NCBI RefSeq assembly: GCF_018350175.1
Contig: NC_058368.1
Location: 94,490,001 to 94,554,000 of the forward strand
Reading direction: 5' to 3'
DNA: 64,000 nt
Source: Felis catus
Lineage: Eukaryota
Shown piece by piece: positions 25,801 to 38,100 of the stretch. Below the pieces are notes generated by a model. It ran no database searches. It worked only from the letters and a program-made list of their open reading frames with translations, and was not told the origin of the DNA. The position numbers and the translations under genes were made by a program. The stretch's first letter is position 1. Each line of letters starts with the position of its first letter.

Positions 25801-28464
25801 CATTATATGACTCTTTCCATTTAGATAAACTTTATATATGTAAACATCAGTTGTCTTCAAAAGCCCTTTCAATATACTCTATACCTACAAAATTGTTTAT
25901 ATCTCTCTTTGAGAAGCTAGAATCTATGCATGGTTTATGTCGTCCATAACTGTTTATGAAAGCATTTGGTTGTATCCCAAATTAACCCTGCTTGGATTCA
26001 ATAAGAAAAGAAGTTCCATTCCTGCGAAACAATTAGATTCATCCTTTATTTTCTTAGCTGAATGGAATATATCATTGCCATCAATCAATTACTCCTTAAT
26101 GCAGTTGAAATGGCTAAGGTATTATCGTATCTGGGAAAATTTGATGAAAATATATTGGTGCTTTTGAAGCAAATATAAGATTAGCCTCTTTTTGTAGCAT
26201 TTAGTTACTTGTTTTAATCATTGCTTAAAAAAATTTGTTTTATACTTAAAAAAATTTTTTAATGTTTATTTATTTTTGAGAGAGACAGAGACAGAGTGTG
26301 AGTGGGGGAGGGACAGAGAGAAAGGGAGACAGAATCCGGAGCAGGCTCCAGGCTCTGAGCAAGCTGTCAGCACAGAGCCCGACACAGGGCCTGAACCAAC
26401 AAACTGCGAGATCATGACCTGAGCCAAAGTCAGGCACTAAACCAACTGAGCCACCTAGGTGCCTCAGAAAAAGTTTTGAATGTTTACTTATTTTTGAAGG
26501 AGAGAGTGAGCATGAGTGGGGGAGGGACAGAGAGAGAGGGAAACATAGACTCTGAAGCAGGCTCTAGGCTCCAAGCTGTCAGCACAGAGCCTGATCGCAG
26601 GGCTCGAACTCAAGAGCTGTGAGACCATGACCTGAGCTGAAGTCAGACACTCAACCAACTGAGCCACCCAGGCGCCCCATAAGCCTTGCTTTCTTAATAC
26701 CTCTTTTCTGAATCTACATTTCTCAGTGTTTGTGAAGCTAACTGAATATAACTCTGGGCAAAAGAGCGTGAGATCCTGGCGCTTGAGGAATCTCCCGTGA
26801 GCTTTGTGTTTTAAAAGCTTAAAGCCTTATTTCAGTGATCTTTGAGAGATCAAGAACTTTGGCTTCCTTTTAATCTGGTCATTACATTGACATTGGGGAA
26901 GAGAATCACAGAACCATATGCCGAATCAGATTCCCGGTTTTTTTCTTTCTTGGTCTCATTTCAGCTGAAAGTCATTAAAACATGTTATGAATGGGTCATG
27001 GTCCCAGATTCAGAAAACATCAGGCACCAGTTGGTTTCTTGGTCCCTGAAGCCCCAGCTCAGATGCTGCCACCCACTGACTTTTCTGTCTCTCTTTCTCT
27101 GGCTTAAGGAAGCAACAGACTTGGCGGAGGGAAAGGAACATAGGAGCCTTGCAGACAGTCACGTCTTAACTCTGTTTTTACAATCATTGTAAGCTGCCCA
27201 CCTCTAAGCTTTAGTTCCTCATTGGTAAAGTAAGTTTCATGCAGTCACACAACAAATTATTGAGGATCTACGAGGCAGCATCGTGACAACTACCGTTTAT
27301 AGAGCGTCGTATCCATTATCTGACTCAGTCCTCAGCGAACTCTACAGAAATCATAATAGTGACAATTTTGATAAGTAATTGTGAGTGAGTAACCCTCACT
27401 GAGCATGTTCTGTTCGCCAGGCACTGTGCTACGAACTTTATGTAAATTGATTTAGTCCTGATAATAATCCCATGAGGACAATTTTCTTCCCTCCATTTCT
27501 AGATGGAGAAACCAGAGTTTCAGAGAGATAAAGTTGGTTGCCTTTTATGAGTAACACAGTTCCAAAGAGGGTAAGGTAGGATTCACACCCAGGCAGCTCA
27601 ATTCCAAATCCTGTTTTTCTTTTTTTCAGTTTATTTATGTATTTTGAGAGACACAGAGAGAGAATGAATGGGAAGGGGCAAAGAGAGAGGGGGGCAGAGA
27701 GAGAATCCCAAGAAACTCTGTGCTGCCAGCACAGAGCACGACTCAGGGCTCGAACCCACCAACCATGAGATCATGACCTGAGCTGAAATCAAGAGTTGGA
27801 TGCTTAACCGACTGAGCTATCCAGGTGCCCCCAAAGCCTGTGCTTTTAACCACAGTGATAGTCCATGCAAATTGATTGTAATAAATACTGTTGTGTTTCT
27901 TAGGATAAAAATAGATTTAATAGATCTTTTTCTCTATAATCTCACAGCTACCGGAAGAAAGTAATGGTGAGTATACAGACTCCCTGTCTCCAGTCACTGT
28001 ATGTAGTGACTAGATACGAATTTCTAAAAGTCTAACATCACTTTTTGTGAAGTGTTTTCCTCCAGCAGACTGGAATAGGCTGGAACAAGCATTAATTTAT
28101 GGGAGGCCCAGAGGAGAATCGACCTCAAGGATATTGAGGAAGAGGTGTTCGCCCCATTCATCACAGTTAACTTGTATGATTATAATGACACCTAGAAGAT
28201 GATATAAGATCTTACACCAGGCAGACAGAAGAGATAATCCATTCAGGGGGCAAGGGTGGGGTTCACAAAATCTGGAAAAGTCTATGTATAAAGGTGTTGT
28301 TAAAACATTGTTCATAACAACAGAAAGCTGGAAGCAACTTCAATGCCTAACTAATAGGAAAATGATGAAGTCAGTTATGGTTCATTCATCGACTCAACAA
28401 TGGGCCATTCTGCAACTCTGCGTTTATTTATTTGTTTTTATTATTTTTTTTAATGTTTAGTTTT

Positions 28465-28495
<31 letters not shown>

Positions 28496-31400
28496 CATGA
28501 GCAGGGGAGGGGCAGAGAGAAAGGGAGACACAGAATCCGAAGCAGGCTCCAGGCTCCGAGCTGTCAGCACAGAGCTCGATGTGGGGCTGAAACCCACAAA
28601 CCCCGAAATCATGACCTGAGCCAAAGTTGGACGCTTAACCGACTGAGCCTCCCAGGTGCCCCTGAATTCACACATGTTTGATTGTGATCAGATCCACAAG
28701 GCATCCTTATTCACATTAAAGTTTGAGATGCACTGGTCTAAATGACAGGCTTTCTCATTTCTAGAAGAGCAGAGTTTGATAACCACAGAATCAATGGTGT
28801 TAGTAGATGAAAAAGGAGAGAGTTGGTTAGAACATTGGCTAATGGAAGCAGGCAGAAATTGAAGGAGTCAGCTTGGGGACCCCAGAGATAGCCGCTGGGG
28901 AGTTGAGGCTTCTTGTGGATTATTAGGGGGCTCTCCCAGCTCTGTGGGGTCTGAGCCAGCTGTCTCTGTCTCTTCTTAACCACTATCCTTTCTTCAGCTT
29001 TGCTGTCCCATGCACCTCTCTGGCTGTACCTTGGTTTTCCTTTTATCTTTCCTTCCAAAAAGAAATGCCCTTTGTCATGTGTCTGAGAGAAGTCTGTTTT
29101 TTTTTTTTAAATAAAATTATTTAAGCTTATTTATTTTAAGAGAAAGAGAGTGTGGAGGAAGGGCAGAGAGAGAGGCAGAGAGAGAGTCCCAGGCAGGCTC
29201 CATGTTATTAGCATGGAGCGTGATGCGGGGCTCGAACAAACAAACTGTGAGATCATGACCTGAGCTGAAACCAAGAGTCGGACGCTTAACTGACTAAACC
29301 ACTCAGGCGCCCCTATTTTTTTTTTTTTTGCAGAGTTCTGTTATTCTCATTAAAATATAATAAGTTGTCGTCTCATAATGCATGATCTGTAAGCTGTACT
29401 CTCCAGTCTGTGGATTTATTTCCAATTACAAATTCTGACATCATCATTGGATTTGTAAATCTGGCCTGGTTTTGGTTTGCAAATGTTCATATAAGAGAGG
29501 TTGATCCATTTTAAGGGGTTACTAATAAAATAACCAATAAAATTCTAGAGGATTAAAACCACCTAAAGATGCTATTCTCTGGTAGGTCCTGTCTGTATGG
29601 CCAGGGATCTGCTTTGGGGGAATGTAGATAAGCTCTCTTGGAAAACACATCAACTTTGTAATGGGTTTGGTGTGTGTTTGTTTGTTTGTTTGTTTGTTTT
29701 TTGTTTGTTTTCATTGAAATAAAAAGGGCTATTAAAGGGGAAGGAAAGTAGCTTAGAATTTTGTTATTCAAGGATTCCTAACTTACTTGGCATACGACAG
29801 CTCAGAGAGCACATCGGAATGATTTTTGTCCCCTCTTCTGTGTCAGTTTTTGAAAGTATTTTTTGTAAGCATTTTGAAAGCATTTGGATTTTGTGTTTCT
29901 GTGAAACCTGAGAAGTTAATGCTGCTCACTCTTTTCCTTTTAGAATGAGGTCTTTTTTTCTAACATTTTACATCATGTCCTCAGTGAAGATCACGCCCTG
30001 GTGTCTAGAGCTGTGTCCTTGAAGGTGGAAAATTTCACAGAAACCAGTGAAATAAATGAACTCTTTGACTTATTTACTTACAACAAGGTAAAATTAGTTA
30101 CATATTTTCTTTTGTTTTGCACTCCCGCATGAGGGTGCTTAAAGTGGATTTTAAGAATAATAGATTAATAATAGGATACTAGAAAACTTTTGATACAGAA
30201 AACTGTGATTTTATTGAGTGGGTGCATTTCAGAAGAGGTATATAAATCAATTCTCATCTAGCAAACATTAACCAAGCCTATTTTAGGTGCTCAGTACCAT
30301 CCATCATTATAAAAACACTGAGACAACTTGCTGCTTTTAAGGAGAACCCTTCTGTTTGGTGGAAATTTATTCTTACCATGTAAATATCTCAGCTTAAAAC
30401 ATGTTGTGTATCCTGAATTCTTTTTTTTAAAATGTTTTAATGTTTATTTATTTTTGAGAGAGAGAGAGAGAGAGAGAATGAGAATGAGAATGAGAATGAG
30501 CAGGGGAGGGGCAGAGAGAGAGGGAGACACAGGATCCAAAGCAGGCTCCAGGCTCCAAGCTGTCAGCACAGAGCCCGCCATGGGGCTCGAACTCACAAAC
30601 CGTAGATCATGACCTGAACCGACGTCGGGTGCTTAACCAACCGAGCCACCCAGATGCCCCCTGAATTCCTTATATGTAGGACATTTGTTCACTTTTTACC
30701 TAGTAATTAGTGACAGTCTACTATTTTATCAGCAATTTGGGCATAACCCAAACATTCAACTCAAGTCCACAAAGCAATGAGGAGAAAAGCCCAGAATATT
30801 GCTCATCAGAATGGAATGTGTTGGTATTTATATGTTGAATTTGTTCAAATGATGGGCTGTTTCTTATGTCTTAGGGAGCATCTTTGGCCCGAATGCTTTC
30901 TAGCTTTCTGAATGAGAATGTATTTATCAGTGCACTCAAGGTGAGTTTGCAAAATTGTTGTTACTTGGCAGGAAGTAGACCTACATGGTTTTGGCATGTT
31001 ATTTATTTTAACCTTGGCTTTTCCATTCTTCTATTTTTTTTACAGTCATATTTGAAGACATTTTCTTACTCAAATGCTGAGCAAGATGATTTATGGAGGC
31101 ATTTTCAAATGGTAATTGTCCTACTTCCTGACTTGTGTTGAATGAATGAATGAATGAATACACTAAGGATTCATTCACATATAGAGTTCAATAGGGTTCT
31201 GAATTTGGCCCCGAAGATCACCCACTGGGAATCACTGCATAGATGAGGAACAGAATAGCCAGGTAGTTTCTTTTAGGCAGAAGATTTTGATGGTAAATAT
31301 CTGCTCTTGTGATGATTTTCCAAAACAGGTCGTAGACGACCAGAGTAAAATTCTTTTGCCAGCGCCAGTAAAAAGCATAATGGACCGTTGGACACACCAG

Positions 31401-34400
31401 AGTGGTTTTCCAGTCATCACCTTAAATGTATCTACTGGTGCCATGAAACAGGAACCATTTTATCTTGGAAAGGTTCAAAATCAGACTCTCCTAACCCACA
31501 AGTAGGTACATTTGCTTCTCTGTACTCACCTTCCTTGGGGGTAGAGCTCTCTGATCAAATGGAAAGCAGCCTGCGGGTGAGGAAGCATATAATTCCAGCT
31601 GGGTACACACTCTTCTGCAGAGAGGCTCTGGGATGGCAACTTCATGGTCCATGCAGGGTGTTGTTCCTGGGGTGCTGGGATGAAGCAGAGCCCATGATGT
31701 CCTGAGCAAGGCCAGAGACCTGTGCTGAAGGGTTCAAGGCAGTGCCCCTCCCCTGGCATTTAGGATGACACCAGCAGCCAGTGCTTTGGGGGTTATGTAT
31801 TTTATTCGTCCTTCAGACAGAAGGAATGCATTTCCTCAGGATTCTGGGTGAGAGACAAGAAAGTAGAACCATGCATGACCTCATGTTAGTTGAGAGAAAA
31901 GGGGATCCTGCAGCACAGCTGTCTCCTTTTCCCTAGAAACAGAATTGAACGGTCACTGCATCCTTGAGAAATCATTCTGTGCGTGTCCGCACGTACACCT
32001 ACATGTGTATTTATCACCATGCCTATAATATTAGAATGAGGGCCTTTAGATCCCCTGACACCTGGGTTTAAATATCAACTTCCCCAAAATTCAAACCTTA
32101 GGTAAGTCTAATTTGAAAAATCTCTTGAGTTTTGGTTGCCTTAGCTGTAAAGTAAATGTGAGAGCATATATCCCAGGGGACTGTTGTTAAAATGAAATGA
32201 AAAAATGAGTATAAGGCAGCCTAGCGCCCATCTCTTCCCCTATTTCCCTTCCCTTCCCTCTCTTAACTTGTTGGAGAATGTTCCAGGGTGTTTGATAAAG
32301 TTCTGATATTCACTTCTCACTGTGGTGAGTTAGGGGTACACACGAGGGAGTAATTTTCAAACAGCATCACTGTGGAAGAATCATCGTCTTCTTCCTCTAA
32401 AACCCCAGGAGAAAGAAAGAGGAGAACTGAAGTTCCCTCACCACGCTGCTATTCTGTGACTTGCTTTTTTTTTTTTAAGCTTTTATTTTAATTCCACTTC
32501 GTTAACGTCCCGTGTTGTATTAGTTGCGAACCTACAATACAGTGACTTCAACACTCCCATCCATCACCCTGTGCTCATCACGGCTCTGTGACTTTTGAGA
32601 AGATGTGTGCCTTAGCAATTAGATCAACACACCCTCGTTCAAAGTCTTTTGAGAAACCAGGCTTGTGAGCGTTTGAGCCAGATGGCAAGTCTTGCCCAAA
32701 CTCCGAGGAGTGTGACTCTTCAGATGACTAATGTCCTCCTCGTGGTCATCAGCTTCCTCCAGGTCACGTCTACCAATGTGGGAAGAATGTCGGCATTCAG
32801 TAAATATGAATAATCTGGCTGATCCGTGCTGAACACTTTTCAGATGGGGAGAAAGCTTGAGGCAGAAAAGCATTTTGAAATGTTTGTCAAGCTTTTTCTT
32901 CTTAAATTACTCTTGGCCTCTCTTGGCACGGATGGATTTGGGTCTGTCTACAGCATTTGGACAACCCCCCCAGTGAGGCCAAGTAGCTGTAATTTAATAT
33001 AAACAGGCCTTGAGAGTTTCAGATACAAAAAAAAAGAAAGCTTCAGATACAAGATAGTCTTAGTAGCTACTTTAAGTTGTAAGAAAAAGTAAAGAAGAAA
33101 TAAAAGAGTAAACAGATGGTCAAAGCAAAACTGGCTTATAAAAACAACATTGAATGGGGTCGCCTGGGTAGCCTAGTCGTTTAAGCGTCCAGCTTCGGCT
33201 CAGGTCATGATCTCACAGTTCAGGGGTTCCAACCCCGAGTCGGGCTCTGTGCTGACAGCTGGGAGCCTGGAGCCTGCTTGGGATTCTATGTGTCCTCTCT
33301 CTGCCCCTCCCCTGCTCGTGTGCTCGCGCTGTCTCTCTCTCTCTCTCTCAGAAATAAATGAGCATTGAAACAAAAATTAAATAAATAAATAAATTAAATT
33401 AAATGAAAACCACATTGAATAATCCTAAGAGCAAACCCTTGCAGATCCAGAGAAAATGACCAAAGAATTCGGGTTCTGTCTGTTATTTTATCATCTCATT
33501 TAATATTGGCTCAGTTTATATCTTATCTGTGAGAATAAACTGATTTTTTTTTTTTCCCACATAAGCGACACATGGATTGTACCTATTCTCTGGATAAAAA
33601 ATGGAATCACACAGTCTCTAGTTTGGCTAGATAAAAGCAGCAGTAAGTAACACATTTTTAAAATATTTTCACATACATGCATGAATATATATTACCCACA
33701 CACACATATATCAAGGAAGGGAATAAAATTTTGAAGCATATAGCTTTTGAAAAGCTGTCTTGCTTTAAAGTAAAATGTTATATCATTCTGGTTGAACACG
33801 GAGCCATAAAGAAAAGTTTTAAATCAAAGCCATTACTTCTGAAAAAATATATATGGTAAGATCAGTATATATTTTAGAATTCCTTTCTCTTTTTTTTTGT
33901 TGGATTTACTGGGTTTACTATTTAGGATTAAGAGGATATAGTATAAACAATTACTGGAATATTTTTTAGATGGACCATTTCATACTTTTCCCATATTCCT
34001 TTTGTAGAAATATTCCCTGAAATGCAAGTTTCAGATTCTGATCACGACTGGGTGATTCTAAATTTGAATATGACTGGATATTACAGAGTTAACTATGATA
34101 AAGTAGGTTGGAAAAAGCTAAAACAACAGCTTGAAAAAGATCCTAAGGTAAGATTATTTTATGCCTGTTATTAAATAACATTAATATTGCACTCTGGAGT
34201 CTTTTTTTTTTTTTTTAAGGTATCTATTTTGAGAGACAGAAAGCATGGGAAGGGTAGAGAGACAGGGAGAAAGAGAGAATCTCTCTGCAGTGACAGTACA
34301 GAGCCTGACCTGGGGCTCAAACTCACAAACCATGAGATCGTGACCTGAGCTGAAATCAAGAGTCAGAGGCTTAACTGACTGAGCCCCTCGGACGCCCCTA

Positions 34401-35083
34401 GAGTTAAGCGTTCATAAACCTGTCTGGTGGGAGGAACTCTACCCTCACTGCCACCTCTCACACCATGCCATACAGGACTTTTTCTCCCTCATTCTTAGAA
34501 AGGGGAGGTTTGGGTTGAACGTAGTATTTTTGAACATTAATATCATTTTTCTACAACAATTTTACGTTTCTAGGTGAAAATCAGAATACATTTTCCTATT
34601 AACTATTAGTTTTGTGATCTTAGACAAGTTACTTAAATGCTCCGTTTCCATATCTTCACTTTAAAATAGGAATAACAGGGGCACCTGGCTGGCTCCATCG
34701 GGAGAGCATGTAACTCTTGATCTCAGGGTTGTGAGTTCAAGCCATACACTGGGTGTAGAGACTCCTTAAAAAAAATATTGAAAAAAATAAAATGGGAACA
34801 ATATATTTCTGTTATGTATCACAAGGATTAGAGACAACGTGGGTAAACATATGTTTAAAAATCTTAAGCCCTTAATGGGTACTCAGTATGTGCTAGAAAG
34901 TATTAATTCTTAAAAAATCATATTCCTGGGGTGCCTGGATGGCCCAGCCAGTTAAGCATCTGACTCTTGGTTTCAACTCAGGTCATGATCTCATGGTTCG
35001 TGAGATCCATGGGCTCTGCGCTGACAGCACGGAGCCTGCTTGGGGTTCTCTCTCTCTTTCTCTCTCTCTCTGCCCCTCCCCTG

Positions 35084-35137
<54 letters not shown>

Positions 35138-38100
35138 ACAAATACACTTAAAAAAATGTGTGTATACATATATGTATACACACATATATATATATTCCTA
35201 CTCTCCCTCAGGGAAGTTAATTCACAAAATATCAATAGAATCTAACACCACTTTATCACAAAATAGAAGTCATTATGGAATATATAAATATTAAAATGTT
35301 GGCTAGGTCTAATCAGTCAGATTTTAATTGGTTCCATGAAACCAAATCTCCATTGGTGCAGATGGATGCTGCCGTAGGGGTCTACGGAGTTGGCTCTGCT
35401 GCGAAACCATGGGCGGTTCGTTGAGATGGCCTTGTTCAAGCTAGAGTGTTCACTGGAAGATATCTTTGGTGTCTCTGTCTTTGAAAGCTCTCTGAGACAC
35501 AGAGCAGAAGACAAAGTACAGTATATTGGTGGGGGTTCTGCATCAGGTAGACTGTGTTCATCGATCACCAGATGTGCAACCTTGGGCTTTCTTTTTTTTT
35601 TTTCTTTTTTTTTTTTCAACGTTTATTTTTTTTGGGACAGAGAGAGACAGAGTATGAACGGGGGAGGGGCAGAGAGAGAGGGAGACACAGAATCGGAAAC
35701 AGGCTCCAGGCTCTGAGCCATCAGCCCAGAGCCTGACGCGGGGCTCGAACTCACGGACCGCGAGATCGTGACTTGGCTGAAGTCGGATGCTTAACCGACT
35801 GCGCCACCCAGGCGCCCCGCAACCTTGGGCTTTCTTATCTGGCGAGTCATGCCTCAGTTTTCCCATCTGTATTATGACGTTTGAATAGACCAACCTTAAA
35901 GGGTTGGGAAGATCAGATAAGGTGATACATGCATTGTTTAACAGAGGCCAGACACAAGCCAGGCCTACAGAACATAGTAAGTTTTAAAAATTATTATAGG
36001 GCTTTTGAATAAGACCACACAATCCACTCGTAAGAAAATTTTACTTTTTTTAAATTTGTTTTAACATTTATTTATTTTTGAGAGAGAGAAAGAATGATTG
36101 CGAGCGGGGTGGACGAGCAGAGAGAGAGGGAGACACAGAATCCGAAGCAGGCTCCAGGTTCCGAGCTGTCAGCACAGAGCTGGATGTTGGGCTCGAACTC
36201 ACAACCACGAGATCGTGATCTGAGCTGAAGTTGGAGGCTTAACCGACTGAGCCACCCAGGCGCCCCATAAAATTTTATTTTTAAATCGTTTTCAAGGGTG
36301 CCTAGCTAGCTCCATGGGCTATGTGTCTGACTCTTGATTTCAGCTCAGGTCATGATCTCTCAGGCGTGGGATCGAGCCCCATGTCGGGTTCCATGATGGG
36401 TGTGGAACCTGCTTAAGATTCTCATTCTCTCTCCCTCTCTCTTTCTCCCTCTCTCCCTCCCTCTGCCCCTCCCCTACTCATTCTCTCTCTCCCTCCCTCT
36501 GCCCCTCCCCCCGCTAATTCTCTCTCCCCCCCCCACTCCTCCTCCACTCATTCCCCCCCCTCAAAAAAAATCTTCCAGAGTAGCTACATCCTTATTGATT
36601 TCTAAGGGCACCGTAAGCTACGGAGACAAGGTCATCCCGGTCTAGCAATGATTTCTTGAAACCATTGTAGGCTTACTTTTTGAAAAACTGAGGTCAGTTA
36701 TTTCTACTCTGTAATTGGGGAGCAAATGAAACAGCATGTCTGCCATTAATATTAATTTAGAAAACCTAAGTGTTGTTACTGCCAGAAAAGAAATGAGAGT
36801 GCTACCAGGGAAAGATTGAAGTCTGGCTTGCTAAGAAGTTCAGAGAGATGTTGTAAAGATTGATTTTTCTGGGACCAAACTTGTGAAAATGTGTGAGGTG
36901 TGGAAGGAATTCTATAGGAGGCTTTGGGCCCCCTCAGGCCACTCAAGCTGTGACAGAGTCCTGTGGCCGGGCAATGCCACGGAGCTCAAACAGAAGCCTA
37001 AGCAGTTAGGTTGGCAGTCGACCCCTGCCTTTTCTGTGATTCAAAGGGCTCTGTTGGTGGATTGGGTCAAATTAGGAAAATCTTGAGAAGACAGGATCCT
37101 GCTTACCAGATACTGTATTCGATACTGTATTATCAACATGATGCTAAATAATATTTGCATAAGGCTTCCTGTGCCTAAAAGCTTCCTGACAACAACTTGG
37201 ACATTATAATACAATTTAATGTACACTTTCTGTTTTGGAGAGCCTTTTAAACATGGCCTCCTGTTTAATTTTCTAACATGCCGTTTTTCGGGGAGTATTT
37301 TGGCAAAACGCTCGACCAGCTGAAAGCCTGATGATTGATGTCCAGAGGGATCATTTAGCAAAACCAGATGCATAATAAATAAATCATGGGGACTATCCTT
37401 AGTAATTAGCATTTCTCGGCACACGAGCCAATTCACGTGAAAGTGCTTTGTAAGCAGCGCTGATTCTGAAATGCTGTTACTATTTTGGAAATTATTTTGG
37501 TACTAAAAACATGTTCTCATCTCTTTCTGCACATATTTGGGTCTCATTTGCAGGCCATCCCTGTTATTCACAGACTGCAGATGATCGATGATGCCTTTTC
37601 TTTGTCGAAGTGAGTATATTCTCTTCTCTCATGGTTTTGTTTTGTTTGTTTTTTTTAACATTTATTTATTGTTGAGAGACAGAGAGACAGAGCACAAGCA
37701 GGGGAGGGGCAGAGAGAGAGGGAGACATAGAATCCGAAGCAGGCTCCAGGCTCTGAGCTGTCAGCACAGAGCCCGACGCAGGGCTCGGACTCGTGAACCA
37801 TGGGATCATGACCTGAGCTGAAGTCGGACGCTTAACCCACTGAGCCACTCAGGCACCCCTCTTCACTCATGGTTTTAAAAGTGTACCTTGAGAACTTTAT
37901 AAAAATAAACAAATAACCAGATCAGTATGAAATGAAATTGGTTCTTCACTGTATAGAGGGCCTAACTTACTAGGATTAGGATCAAATTCCATGGATACAG
38001 TGGAATTTTATAACATAAAAGTTGCTGGGGTATGCAACAGCGTGGATGTACTTTGAGGCCATCATGCTAATGAAATAAGCCAGTCACAGAAAGGCAAGCA

